From Octopus bimaculoides (Eukaryota): 64,000 nucleotides of DNA. The stretch is taken from the NCBI RefSeq assembly GCF_001194135.2, contig NC_069000.1:39730347-39794346 (forward strand), in the 5' to 3' direction. Position 1 is the stretch's first letter, and each line of letters opens with the position of its first letter. The position numbers were made by a program, and so were the translations under genes. Below, in pieces: positions 36,557 through 50,045 of the stretch. The notes beneath the pieces are model-generated. The model worked only from the letters and a program-made list of their open reading frames with translations, was not told the origin of the DNA and ran no database searches.

Positions 36557-38329
36557 AACAGACCTATGATCAAATGCAATCTCGATGTGGCTGTTCTGAC
36601 TCTCTTAAAGACAATTAGAACTAAGTTACTATTTCGAAGACGGTAATGTGCACTTTGAGAAAAATCCAGTTCTTTTTTTCAAGCAGGTCGAGTGAACATG
36701 TAAACACATAGAGACACCCACGTTGATGGGTGATGCGTTATAGCATGGTGATGATGCAGGGTGAGTTTTGTTTCATGATCTTAACGACAGTGTGATAAAC
36801 AGGATATAGCACAATGTATGTATATAACGGATTTCGGTGATATACTGCATTATGACAAATATTGCAGCAACTGTACGCAGTTGATATGTTCCTTTCTTCA
36901 GGCGAACAAGCGGAGAAACGTTGTTCATTATATTTCAGCAGATTTTTTAGGTTATTTCTTTTATATTTTCATGTTTGTACTTCATTTTCCCCTTTTAATT
37001 TTCTTATTCGTTATGACTTATTTCTTTTCTTTCCGCCATTTCTTACTTTCTTACTTTTCCTAATTTTTACTTCTGCTACGTCTACCCTTTATCCGTTTTT
37101 TGCTTTATTTCTCCAATACCAATATGTGTGTGTGTACACCTAAGTATGTATGTATATATGTATGTACGTAATTATGTATTTGTATGTATATATGTACGTA
37201 CGTATGTACGTCTGTATGTGTATGTGTAGGGTGTACTTTTCCTTTTCGGATTTAATTTTCTCTTTTAGCTTCTTTCATGTTTCTTTTAACTTTCTTCTCC
37301 TTCCCTTTTATTGATTTTTTTTCTTTATCCATTATTGTTTTATTTCCCGCAATTTACATCCAAATAATTTTTTCTACTGATCCGTGTTAAACAAATCAAT
37401 TCATATTTTATGAGATGTTTTATAGTCATCTGCCAATTCTGAATTAAAAGAACCAACATACCGATGAGAATTTACATATAATCAATAAAATATGCCGCAT
37501 GCGATAGCAGTAGTTTCCGGTTTAATGACCGACACCTTCCAACTCCACTTCCGGAAAGAAACACGTTATACTACAGACAATGGACCAATAAATTAGATTT
37601 GAAGGAAATTACTTTATGCTTCAATCTACAATGAAATATATTCAAAATGAGTTTCTTCCGCAAGGAATTAGAATTGAATGGATTGTATTCTTTTGTGAAT
37701 TTACATGCTTTTCTCTCAGTTTGGGGTTTAAGCCCATTATTGCCAATGTTGAACTTCAAAGTTAAATCGTTTTCTTCGTAACAATGTTCCAAGATAGAGA
37801 AATCAATACAATATCAGGTTCCCAGTGAAGATCAATCAAGGATTCGTGCCCTGCCTCTTGTATTAACTGTATTGACAGAGGAAGTAGTTAACTCTTGGTA
37901 GTTAATCTGATCATACATATACAGCACGGGGTAGATAAAGCTTATTACTATAAACTGTGGGAGAACCGATTAACTATGGAATTACTTATTAACGTCCTAT
38001 ACTGATTTTAATTTCCTCCTTTATACTAGCAGACTGTAGGCTTGAATCAAGTGATTTCATTGCTTTCACGCTATATTGAATCGGTTGTTTGGTTTTGTTT
38101 TGGTTTGTAGTCATTAGATAAAGGCGAACTAACATGCTTATATATTCAATGCTAGCAAGTAATTCCAGGAAGTCCGTGTTTTTATCAACTTAATAAGACA
38201 CACTTAATCCAGTCTGAACGTTGTAAGACTCACAGCTGGTGGTTTTCAAATAACAAAGAGAGAAATTTCACTTTATGTCTTATCAAATGCCTCATCAGAA
38301 ATGCTTCACAGCGTTACAGGAAAAGACAC

Positions 38330-38493
38330 TTAAACCTATATCAGTCCATATTTTACATCAACAAGCTATATACGTCACTCGGCACGCTGCCTCATGAAGG
38401 TCACTGCTAGCTCTCATTGCGCACGCGACCGTGTGCTGCCATCTGTTGGCGCGCTATAGAGCTAGTCCGGGAACTTTTTGATACCACGTAGTA
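38330..38493 (-). mobile_element. Mariner 5' end (TIR plus subterminal region)
   Basis: Minus strand starts tactacgtggtatcaaaaagttcccggac, resembling the TACGAGGxxTxxxAAAAGTTCC mariner TIR and the MITE TIR at 27614. Confidence 0.55.
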
Positions 38494-38689
38494 CATAATA
38501 ACTGACTGGTGTTTCGTCACTTTACAGAACTCAACTATAACTCATAGTTATAAAGAAAATGTGATAAAGCAGAAATGATTATTTTTAGAATAACTGTTCG
38601 TATCAACTCAGGAGTAAATTTAATTACATACTATATATACAACTTATAGATCATGTATAAAAATGTTTACATTAACATCGGTTTCAAAT

Positions 38690-39195
38690 CTTGACAGAAA
38701 GTAATTACAGAGAAAGAGTTAAATCGATTGCTCAACTGGTACTTATTTTATCGATCAAGACAGGACGTAATGCAAAGTTGACCTCGACTGATCTATTCAA
38801 TTACATCAACCCTAGTGTTTCACTGGTACTTAATTTATCAACCCCGAAAGGGTGAAAGGCAAAAGAGAGCACGGCGGAATTTGAACTCAGAATCTATTGA
38901 GTGACAAAATGTCGCTAAGCATTTTGCCCGACGTGCTAACGATTCTGCCAGCTCGCCTCTTTATCTCGTAATATAATATTAGTTTCACATTTTGATTATA
39001 AGGCCAGCAAGTCCTGAGGAAGGGGGATGTTGACTACTCAATTGGTACTTATTTTATTGACCCCTGGAAGAATGAAAGGCAAAGACGACGTCGGCGGTAT
39101 TTGAACTCAGAACCTACTGAAGGACAAAATGCCGCTAAGCATTTAACCCTGCGTGCTAACGGTTCAGTCAGCTCGCCGCCTTAAAGCCTACTTTA
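38690..39195 (-). mobile_element. Cluster of three to four partial SINE family 3 copies
   Basis: Repeated ggtactt-tttt-at-gac...gaaaggcaaa...cggcgg-atttgaactcagaa...gctaagcattt...gtgctaacg-ttc-g-cagctcgcc. Confidence 0.88.
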
Positions 39196-39988
39196 ATACA
39201 AGCTTTAAATTTTGACACAAGGTCATCTAGTTTAAGAGAAGGGCTAAGTTGACGAAGAGAAATATTGCACCTGAATAGTAAAAACCTGAACCAACTAATA
39301 GGACAACTACTACAGGCCCGTTTGAAATGCTAAAAATAGCAGCCGGATCATTCATTAAGCGAACCCGACCGTCATAAAGCATGAAGACTACATTCAGGAA
39401 TGAAAACTCTGCTGTACAATAGAGCAGATTCATCATAACCCGAACCTTTTGGCTTCTAATCTCTTTAGTCAGGGCTGACCTTTGAGCGAATCTACAACAA
39501 CTACGGCATTAGCAAGCATTTCTAGCCGGCGACTTTAGCAGCAGGTATACAGTAACTGTAACACCGTAACGAATATTGCCAGTGACACCTTGCGGTGTAG
39601 AATATAGATTAAGGAGCAGTAAATATGACATTAGATTATTTCTCCAGGAAATATAAAAAAGAGTAAGATATCGACACCTGGTGAGCATTTCGAGAATTCA
39701 TATTCGATAAAAGCAATATGGCTTAGATTTTAAAGAGGGTGAGAGAGGAACAAAATTTCATAGTGTATGATGAGTTTCTCCGTTTCCGATATAGACAGTA
39801 TGTTTGCAGCCCCATTGAGAATCAATAAAACAAGCTACAGGTAGATGATGGATTAAGTTAATAGACTAAATATTCCTCTCTTTCATAGTAGAAGTGCCAT
39901 GTACACATTGATAAATAAAATCAATACTAAATATATGTAATTACACATAGGTGTATATAAAGGCATATATGTATGTATGTATGTATGT

Positions 39989-40027
<39 letters not shown>

Positions 40028-40029
40028 TG

Positions 40030-40107
<78 letters not shown>

Positions 40108-40260
40108 TAAATATACACACATAAATACATACGTATACAGAAATATAAATATGCAAATGTATGTGTGTATATACATACATACCTTGCGTGTGTATGTGTG
40201 AGTGTGAGTGTGTGGAGAGAGAGTCACACAGACAGACAGACAGAGGTATAGATATATGTA

Positions 40261-40302
<42 letters not shown>

Positions 40303-40779
40303 CAAGTACACACACATGCATACACACACATACAGGCATACATACACACAAACACACATACACAAATACATACTCACATACATACACACATAAATGCATA
40401 TGTATTCACACATACACACAACTCGTTACAGGGCAACACAGATTACAATCTTCAAATATTCCGCGGCTGGAAATAATATTATGTCAGCCAATTTTGGATG
40501 GAATTTATTGATTTCTGAACATGAAGAGTGCAACGAAATATCATTTGGATTTAATAGAAACATATCCTCAAAGAAATTACTTAATTATCGAATGAAACAA
40601 TATCAGTATGATGGGTCAGATATTCGCTTTCCGACACCGGACAAGATAAAAGTCAGCCAAACATTACATCAAAATGAACTAATCTCCTAATACAACTTCG
40701 GTTTTAACTTAAAATATGTACGTTTATTTCCTTTGAGTTGGCGTGAGAGGGTTGGAGAGTATTTATTTCATTCTCCAAG

Positions 40780-40965
40780 GAGCGTGGACTAATGTAGAGA
40801 GCGTTGCCTTCACGATAGTAAGGTCGTAGTTTATATTACAAAGACTGGTAGAACGTTGTGTTCTTGATCAAAACAACTCATTTTCATTGCTACTGTGTAC
40901 TCAGCTGTAAATGGTGAAGCCATCCACGGGCTGGCATTCCATTCAGAAGGAATATTGGACGGCTA
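40780..40965 (+). mobile_element. Degenerate SINE family 4
   Basis: ggagcgtggactaatgtagagagcgttg...ttgtgttcttgatcaaaacaac...actcagctgtaaatgg. Confidence 0.55.
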
Positions 40966-41094
40966 CCTGCATGCCTGGATGCCTGCCTGCCTGCCTGCTT
41001 CCCTAGTCAGTGGAGTGGCATTATTTGAAGTTTACAATGTGGCGAGCTGACATAATATTATAAATTCCATCCAAAATTAGCTGACATAATAGTA

Positions 41095-41172
41095 TAGGCG
41101 GTGAGCTGGCAGAAACGTTAGCACGCCGGACGAAATGCTTAGCGGTATTTCGTCTGCAGTTACGTTCTGAGC
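41095..41172 (+). mobile_element. SINE family 3 head only
   Basis: ggcggtgagctggcagaaacgttagcacgccggacgaaatgcttagcggtatttcgtctgcagttacgttctgag. Confidence 0.88.
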
Positions 41173-42471
41173 GTGGCAGCGATGTGTGCGCAGTGGCCGG
41201 CGTAGGTGCATGCACAACAAACACAAGAGTGTTGCCAATAGCCGCATGCACAGCATCCCCCTACTTTGTGGATTACCCTCATACATATACATGCATACAT
41301 ACATACATTCATACATATACACATACGTATATATGCATGTGTGTGTGTGTGTGTGTGTGTAAATAGCAAGCGATTATTCCAAAACGATTACCGGCTTGTT
41401 CTTAGGTGTCCAAAATATGTTATTCAGCATTTAACATATAAATCCAATAAATTTACTAATCGGTGCAATTGGAACATGTGTTGGTCCAGGTAAGGCAGAA
41501 TATAAATTAATGAACTAAAGGTAGTGCCATATAACTTCCTACTGAAGTATATACATACATATATATATATATATATATANNNNNNNNNNNNNNNNNNNNN
41601 NNNNNNNNNNNNNNNNNNNNNNNNNNNNNNNNNNNNNNNNNNNNNNNNNNNNNNNNNNNNNNNNNNNNNNNNNNNNNNNNNNNNNNNNNNNNNNNNNNNN
41701 NNNNNNNNNNNNNNNNNNNNNNNNNNNNNNNNNNNNNNNNNNNNNNNNNNNNNNNNNNNNNNNNNNNNNNNNNNNNNNNNNNNNNNNNNNNNNNNNNNNN
41801 NNNNNNNNNNNNNNNNNNNNNNNNNNNNNNNNNNNNNNNNNNNNNNNNNNNNNNNNNNNNNNNNNNNNNNNNNNNNNNNNNNNNNNNNNNNNNNNNNNNN
41901 NNNNNNNNNNNNNNNNNNNNNNNNNNNNNNNNNNNNNNNNNNNNNNNNNNNNNNNNNNNNNNNNNNNNNNNNNNNNNNNNNNNNNNNNNNNNNNNNNNNN
42001 NNNNNNNNNNNNNNNNNNNNNNNNNNNNNNNNNNNNNNNNNNNNNNNNNNNNNNNNNNNNNNNNNNNNNNNNNNNNNNNNNNNNNNNNNNNNNNNNNNNN
42101 NNNNNNNNNNNNNNNNNNNNNNNNNNNNNNNNNNNNNNNNNNNNNNNNNNNNNNNNNNNNNNNNNNNNNNNNNNNNNNNNNNNNNNNNNNNNNNNNNNNN
42201 NNNNNNNNNNNNNNNNNNNNNNNNNNNNNNNNNNNNNNNNNNNNNNNNNNNNNNNNNNNNNNNNNNNNNNNNNNNNNNNNNNNNNNNNNNNNNNNNNNNN
42301 NNNNNNNNNNNNNNNNNNNNNNNNNNNNNNNNNNNNNNNNNNNNNNNNNNNNNNNNNNNNNNNNNNNNNNNNNNNNNNNNNNNNNNNNNNNNNNNNNNNN
42401 NNNNNNNNNNNNNNNNNNNNNNNNNNNNNNNNNNNNNNNNNNNNNNNNNNNNNNNNNNNNNNNNNNNNNNN

Positions 42472-42535
<64 letters not shown>

Positions 42536-43296
42536 CACATACACTCACACCACGCACATATATATACATATATGCGCATACATACATATTATGCGTCGCT
42601 ATTAAGATTAATTATACCGATTTAATTACCTTTTTATGTTATACTTTGTACACATAAGACACAAAGTTTAATGAAAAGAACTTAATTACCAATTTAAAAC
42701 TATAATTAATTAAATTGATTTACATACCGTTTTATTGTATATCCTGTAGACGTAAGACATGATTAATTAAGGTGTATTAATTAGTATAATGTAGTGCATT
42801 TTGTAAGCATTGCTTACACACGTCGTGATGGCGAAGATTCATTAAATTGACTTAATTAACTTTATAGTCATGCATTTTATTTCTAGTCTCTACAGTGCAA
42901 CACATCTTTTTGTCAGCTCCAAAACCTTTACATAAAACGAAGCATACCATCTGCACATGCACTGACTCTAAATACTGCATATATACATGCATAGATGCAA
43001 AATACCTTGTTGATGTTGTTGAAACTTCAATGAATGAACCTTGGATTTATGTTAGAAACCGATGCATACATACGCACATACATACATGTATACATGCATA
43101 AACACACATACACACATGCATGCATATATACATACATAGATATATAGAAAATTTGGACCTCTGAACTCTCTTCATTCAATAAAAAAAAGTAACCTACTGT
43201 GTTTTTGCAGTACCAGTACTCATTTGGGCTGCTTGATTGGACGCTTGATGGCATCCCAGCCATTGTTATGAAACCTGGAAGATATTAAGTGTACCT

Positions 43297-43405
43297 TAGG
43301 ATACTGTGGAGTGCTCAGCCACATGCACGTTAATTTCACGAGCGGGCTGTTCCGTTGATCGGATCAACTGCAGCCCGCGTCGTTGTAACCGACGGAGTGT
43401 TAATA
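43297..43405 (+). mobile_element. SINE family 1, 3' fragment
   Basis: ctgtggagtgctcagccacatgcacgttaatttcacgagcgggctgttccgttgatcggatcaactg, nearly identical to 20886-20950. Confidence 0.9.
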
Positions 43406-44579
43406 TGCAAGTATTTGCGTGTTTGTCTGTGAGTGTGTGAATCCGTGTGTGTGTGTATATTTCTCTGCGTGCTTGTGCGTGTGTGCGCGCGTGTGTGTAT
43501 AAATTCATGTGTTCTTGTAAAATAGACTACCTACTATCTAACACTAGAAATTTTCTGCAACCTGCTGAAGTAATTTTGGTTAACACTTTCATCATCACTG
43601 GAATTTTTGAACTCCATACGTGTTTGATTAAATTTTCAGTCGAAATTCCAGCTGAAGAACATCACTGAATGGTGGTATTGCATTGCAACGGGGATGAGTA
43701 CGCAAGTGGGGTGCAAGAATAATGCATCTCCCCCGGCTAAAAGAAAATTTATTGAATTGCTATGAAACGTCAGGTTTGAATGGAGAGAAATTTCATTAAT
43801 AACTTCTAGAATTATTTCATAGACGATCTTTAGGAATTTAAGCGACACACCTCTGAACAGTATATATCGACAATATGGCGTCAATCAAAAGGAATGTATG
43901 GCTTAACTGAAAACAAATAATGATCCGGTTAAATTCTTTTCTTTGGTGAATTGCTATGACATTTAAAATATGTGCTTCACTCTAATACTAACGAAGTCTT
44001 CTGAGCTAACACAGCCACATTAGTTACACATACACCATAGGCAGGCTGATACACGTATACGCATACATGTATGTATGTAATTACGCATGGTTAAATACAT
44101 ATGTGATTCCTGGAGAGCTTCATTTTGTAACTAACTGCCTTCATGGCTGTCCTGAGAATTGAGAAGCTGTTATTTACAAAACTAAAAATGAGGCAGCTGA
44201 TTAGTATATCACAAGGTCATAAATGGAACTGTGAATATATGTAAAATATGCTGGAAGCTTAACCTATCATGATTTCACAGACGTATGTACATGTATGAAC
44301 ACATGCATATGTTCACACACTTCTGTCAAAGTACAGAATTTCACTCATGTATTTGTTTGCAAATATACGTAGACAGGCTAAAGTATGAGAGTTTTGGTTA
44401 AAACAATTACGGGCTTTAGAGTGTAGCTCCTCTGCATGCGGCTTTGCTCGAGTGTTTTCTGGAATAGTCTCTATGGTTCGTGCGTCAAGGTGACCAATGT
44501 GTTTGGCCTGAATATCGTAGACGGAAACGGTCCGGAAGCACGTCGTGTGTATTTATGCTTTTACCTCGTATTTGTTTCT

Positions 44580-44765
44580 GACAGTAGACTGTGGCCATGC
44601 TGGAGCACTGCCTTGAAGAATTTTTGGTTGAATAAGCCCATCCCCAATGCTTATTGTTTATTAAGTCTCGTACTTATTCTACGGTGCTGTTTCGCCGAAC
44701 CTCTAAGTAACGGGGACGTAAGCAGACCAACACTAATAGTCAAGCGTTGGGGGTGGGGGAAGAAA
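44580..44765 (-). mobile_element. SINE family 2, 3' portion
   Basis: gactgtggccatgctggagcactgccttgaag and gccgaacctctaagtaacggggacgtaagcagaccaacac, matching 15455-15510. Confidence 0.65.
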
Positions 44766-44797
44766 CACACACACACACACACACACATATATGTATA

Positions 44798-44845
<48 letters not shown>

Positions 44846-45299
44846 NNNNNNNNNNNNNNNNNNNNNNNNNNNNNNNNNNNNNNNNNNNNNNNNNNNNNNN
44901 NNNNNNNNNNNNNNNNNNNNNNNNNNNNNNNNNNNNNNNNNNNNNNNNNNNNNNNNNNNNNNNNNNNNNNNNNNNNNNNNNNNNNNNNNNNNNNNNNNNN
45001 NNNNNNNNNNNNNNNNNNNNNNNNNNNNNNNNNNNNNNNNNNNNNNNNNNNNNNNNNNNNNNNNNNNNNNNNNNNNNNNNNNNNNNNNNNNNNNNNNNNN
45101 NNNNNNNNNNNNNNNNNNNNNNNNNNNNNNNNNNNNNNNNNNNNNNNNNNNNNNNNNNNNNNNNNNNNNNNNNNNNNNNNNNNNNNNNNNNNNNNNNNNN
45201 NNNNNNNNNNNNNNNNNNNNNNNNNNNNNNNNNNNNNNNNNNNNNNNNNNNNNNNNNNNNNNNNNNNNNNNNNNNNNNNNNNNNNNNNNNNNNNNNNNN

Positions 45300-45351
<52 letters not shown>

Positions 45352-45859
45352 TGAGAGCTATCAGGCTCATAGATAGTGAAATTAAATGCTTCACGGTTAA
45401 TAATCCTTCTAGTCCTTTTATGGTATGCGTTCCAGCTCTGCTGTGAAGACAACCGTATTTTACGGTCGGTAGACTATATCAATAACGCATGAAATTGGAA
45501 CAATCTTCAACAGTCAAACAGACTTCTGCGTTCACTGGGCGTTAAACATATCTAAGATGCAGATGAATGTGAAAGAACAGAAAAAATACGTAGATTGAAA
45601 TCGATGAAGTTTTGTTTTAGAATTTGGATACTGCAAAACAAAAAAATATTAGCTCGTCCAATATCTGATATGAAATCTTTTTGGATTTATTCGCTTTTCA
45701 TTCACTCAAAAGTCTACGAAAATTTGTACACGATGCATATAAAGATTGATTGGATCGTATTGGTAGATTTATAGATTTGTTTGAGAGCTTTAAAAAGAAA
45801 TAATAGTTCACATCCTGCTATTTCGGCTCAAAAAACACTGATTAAATTCTAACAAAAGA

Positions 45860-46110
45860 CCAGCGTTTAACTGGTACTTTATTTTATCGACCTTCAAAGG
45901 ATGACAAGCAAAGTTGACCTTGGTGAGAAATGGACACAGAACGTAAAAGAACATCTGGAAAAAATTCCGTTAAACATTTTGTTCGACACGCTAATCATTT
46001 GTGGCAGCACACCATCTTCTTAAGAATTATGGTTTCAAATTTTGGCACAGGGGCAGTAATTTTTAGGGAAAATGGGAAGTCGATTATTTGGAATCAAGTA
46101 TTTGACTGCT
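45860..46110 (-). mobile_element. Degenerate SINE family 3 copies
   Basis: aactggtactttattttatcgacc...gcaaagttgacctt...cagaacgtaaaag...; ggtttcaaattttggcacag. Confidence 0.7.
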
Positions 46111-46159
46111 GTTTTATTTCATTGCTTTAAACGCTTAACAGCACTTAATAATAGACGCA

Positions 46160-46197
46160 CACATGCACACATATACATACGGGCACTCACACGTGCG

Positions 46198-46228
<31 letters not shown>

Positions 46229-47050
46229 GCATAGACGCACTCACAGACACGGACGAACATACACGAGTACACACACACATCCACATACAAGCGGCACACA
46301 CGCACACAAATGCACAGATACAAACCCACATGCAGACATCGCTTACACACTCGCACGGACACACATACAAATACACTCACACGGACACAAACACACACAG
46401 ACAGATACTGACTCAGAGATACTCACACGCACACCCACAGAGTCACACCTACACGCACACGCATACACACACACACACTTACACAGAGTCGTACACATGC
46501 AAACACACGCACAAACACACACAAACGCACACATTCACAAACACACACACAAACGCACAGGCACACACATACAGACTTAGGCATACAAGCACACACACCC
46601 AGATGCATGCTGACACAGAGACACACACTCACGCACACGAACACGCACACGAACACGCACACACACACACATACATGCACAAACGCTCAGGCATGCACGC
46701 ACACACACACACACACACACAGGAGCAAAAACCCGCACACAAACACACACAGATTCACATATACAGACGCCGATCACACACGCACACCCACAGAGGCACT
46801 CCCACATACACACACACACACACCCACAGAGGCACTCCCAGACGCATACGCACACACGCACATCCACAAAGGCACTCCCACATACCCCACACACACGCAC
46901 AGACGCACACACACAAACGCACACGCACAAATACACACACATGAACGAACAGACACACACACACACACACACACACACGTAGAGACACATTCACACAAAC
47001 ACATCCGCCCGCTCACACACACATACATTCACATACATACATTCATATAC
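46160..47050. repeat. Approximately 890-bp degenerate (CA)n-rich tract with internal higher-order repeats
   Basis: Continuous cryptic CA repeat; the unit caccca(c)agaggcactccc recurs at about 46783, 46821 and 46860. Confidence 0.9.
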
Positions 47051-48654
47051 ACCGTGGGACGTAGACAAACACTGTGCAATATCTCACTAATTGCTCTTTA
47101 GACCTGTATCTCTGCTCATGAATATTTCTTCATAGCTACGACGCCAACAGAATTTCAATGGGGAAATCGGAATACACTAAAATCTTGTTTGTTTCACTGA
47201 TACTCAACTGTCACATTCAAACATGAAAACATTCCGTAAGGTTACTTAATAAGATTAATAGTTTTGCCAGCTGTGAAGATTTCATTTCTGTCTAACTTGT
47301 CATAAGCAAAAGTAATCGAATAAAGCCTGTCTTTCTTTAAACTACTGACAACCGTCGGAAATCAGAAGCAAGAAAAATATGGAAGAAAAAGGTAATGAAA
47401 GGCGCAATAAATGAAGCAGCCAGGTAGCAGAATTGTTTGCACGTCAGGTATAAATTGTTAACTGCAGTCTTTACGTTTTGTACGTTCTGATTTCAAGTTA
47501 CGCCGAATCTCCTGCGTTCCTTTCATCGTTTGATTGACTAAAACCGGTAGTAGTAGTAGTAGTAGTTGCTGTTGTTGTTGTTGGTGGTGGTGGTGGTGGT
47601 GGTGGTGGTGGTGTTCGTGGCGTTGTTGATGTTGGAAATAAAACGGTAAAATCAGTATCGCCATTTGAAAGAAATTAAAGAATAACAACAGAACGTGCGC
47701 GCACGTACATGAGATAAACTGCTACAAACTTGACCAGATGATTTGTTTATAATTAGTCTTACGTGTGTGGCTGTGGGCATACGTATGGTNNNNNNNNNNN
47801 NNNNNNNNNNNNNNNNNNNNNNNNNNNNNNNNNNNNNNNNNNNNNNNNNNNNNNNNNNNNNNNNNNNNNNNNNNNNNNNNNNNNNNNNNNNNNNNNNNNN
47901 NNNNNNNNNNNNNNNNNNNNNNNNNNNNNNNNNNNNNNNNNNNNNNNNNNNNNNNNNNNNNNNNNNNNNNNNNNNNNNNNNNNNNNNNGAGAGAGGCGGG
48001 GTAGATAGATAGATAGATAGATAGATAGAAATTTATGTACTCGTGACGCATATTTATAAATGCGTGTAGATTGGAGTCCTGTGATGTCAAATAAAGGACA
48101 ACAGCATTGAAAAGATATGGCAAATCGGGCATCGGTATGACATACATTTCATATATGTTATATAGACGTGTACAATCAGAATAATTAAATGTTTATTAGA
48201 AATAATTTGAAGGATTGGATGCAGAAGAGAATTGAAAATGCTGGAAGGTTATATATAAATTATGTAAATGACGCGGCACTGTCAGAAATGACAACGAACA
48301 AGACAACCATTAAAAGTTGTTCATAATTTTGACACATGCCATGGGATGCAAAATAATTGGTGTCTGCAGAACTGACGGTCCACTCTTTAGTCACTTTCTT
48401 ATATACGTAATTGATATCGCCTACAGTATCCCTTGATTAAAAGTTCATAGCTGTCTTTATTGTTTCTATCTCTGAAATATTTTTAAAAGTTTATCTAAAG
48501 AAGAAATATAAATATAATTTCCGTCATATTTAAACAAACTTCAGTTAGTTTTCGAAGTGTTGAAGTGTATTGTAGAACAAGTAGAAAGATAATTCTTTTT
48601 CAACACGTAAATACTAGAAGAAAAACGATCATCTTTGGCTTCAAAACGAAAAAG

Positions 48655-48845
48655 TGTGTTCTGCCATAAGGATAATGCACGGCCACATACAGCGAGCTTC
48701 TTTCAGTTTCCGTCTACCAAATCCACTCACAAGGCTTTGGTCGGTCCGAGGCTGGAGTAGAAGGCACTTGTCCAAGGTGCCACACAGTGAGACTGAACCC
48801 GGAACCATGTGGTTGGGAAGCAAACTTCTTAACACACAGCCTCGT
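48655..48845 (-). mobile_element. SINE family 2
   Basis: gcttctttcagtttccgtctaccaaatccactcacaaggctttggtcggtccgaggct...gtggttgggaagcaaacttcttaacacacagcc. Confidence 0.9.
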
Positions 48846-49682
48846 ATGTGTATACATTTACGTATGTGTGTGTGTGATTATTTTTATTTCAAGATTTCTA
48901 GCCAATAGAGAAAAACATCAACAGGCTATTCCTGTATACGTATGTATGTATGTATGTATATACGTATGTATATATGTGTGTACGCATGCTTGTATGTATG
49001 TTATGCTACGAAAAATATAATTCGCTTTCACAATTCAGTGAAATGCTGAAATTCAAATATATTCTTTGGAACCCAATGGAAAATTGATGAATCCAATATA
49101 CAACCAACATATCACACACCCAACCAATTAGACAAGTCTGCATTTTACTGCATTCATTCATTAACTGAATACGTGAACATTATTCCTTTTGAAATCTTCA
49201 TCTTTTTTAGATTACTTTTTGAGACAGTCAGATAGATAAGCCAAGGAAAACATATCTGCTATCTCTAATCATTTGGCTTCATTGTGATTAGTCAAAGAAT
49301 TTTGTCAGTGCTATTTTAAGAAAGCAGAAGACCTAAAATATGCAGTTTAATTAAATAACATTGTTTTCGCTTTCTAATCTTTTAAATTTTCATTGATATC
49401 ATGCTTCGATATTATCTCATACACCGTGTTAGTTAAATACGAATTAGTTCAAAGATTTAATAGGATCGAATATAGCGTTTATTCTTGCATTCAAATACGC
49501 ATTTTAAGTATATATATGTATATATATATATATATATATTTGTGAATTATGTATGTAGTCTGTGTGTATACGTGTGTATGTATGTACGTATGTATCTCTA
49601 TATACATATGTGTGTCTCTGGGCATGTGTGTATGTGTGCATATGTGTATGTTTGTGAGTGTGTAGGTGTGTGGGGGATGGAG

Positions 49683-49915
49683 TGGTGCATGGCTTAATGA
49701 TTAGTGGGTATAGTGTTACGTCTATGATCATACACAAGACTTCGTTTTCGATTCCTGGAGCTGGCGATGCGCTCTGTTCTTAACTAAAACACTTCATTCC
49801 GCGTTGCTCGTTTCTACACGGCAGGCAAAAAATGAGTATCCCTGTGAAGGACCAGTGTGCCATCCGGCGGGGGAATATATACGTCACAGAATCCGCGAAA
49901 CAGGCATTTCATCGT
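49683..49915 (+). mobile_element. SINE family 4
   Basis: gtgcatggcttaatg...gttttcgattcctgga...tctgttcttaactaaaacact...gcaaaaaatgagtatccctgtgaaggacc...ggaatatatacg; reverse complement of 36310-36556. Confidence 0.7.
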
Positions 49916-49949
49916 ACTTGAGCACAGCTCAAAAAATATTGTACGAACA

Positions 49950-50045
49950 AGGAAGTGGCTGTGTGGTAAGAAGCTGACTCCCTAACCACATTGTTGTGGA
50001 TTCAGTCCCATTGCGTGGCACCTTGGGCACGTGTTATTCTCTCCT
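49950..50045 (+). mobile_element. SINE family 2 head
   Basis: gtggctgtgtggtaagaagctgactccctaaccacattgttgtggattcagtcccattgcgtggcaccttgggcacgtgt. Confidence 0.85.

Noticed and set aside
39227-39436. 69-aa hydrophobic minus ORF resembling a membrane-protein tail
   Set aside because: Hydrophobicity is expected from T-rich DNA; there is no recognisable family or supporting neighbouring exon.
46072-47101. 290-aa and 164-aa His/Thr-rich ORFs, and the many similar YI, CV, HT and YLSI ORFs elsewhere
   Set aside because: Translations of (CA)n, (TA)n, (TACA)n and (AGAT)n repeats, which lack stops in some frames; no coding evidence.
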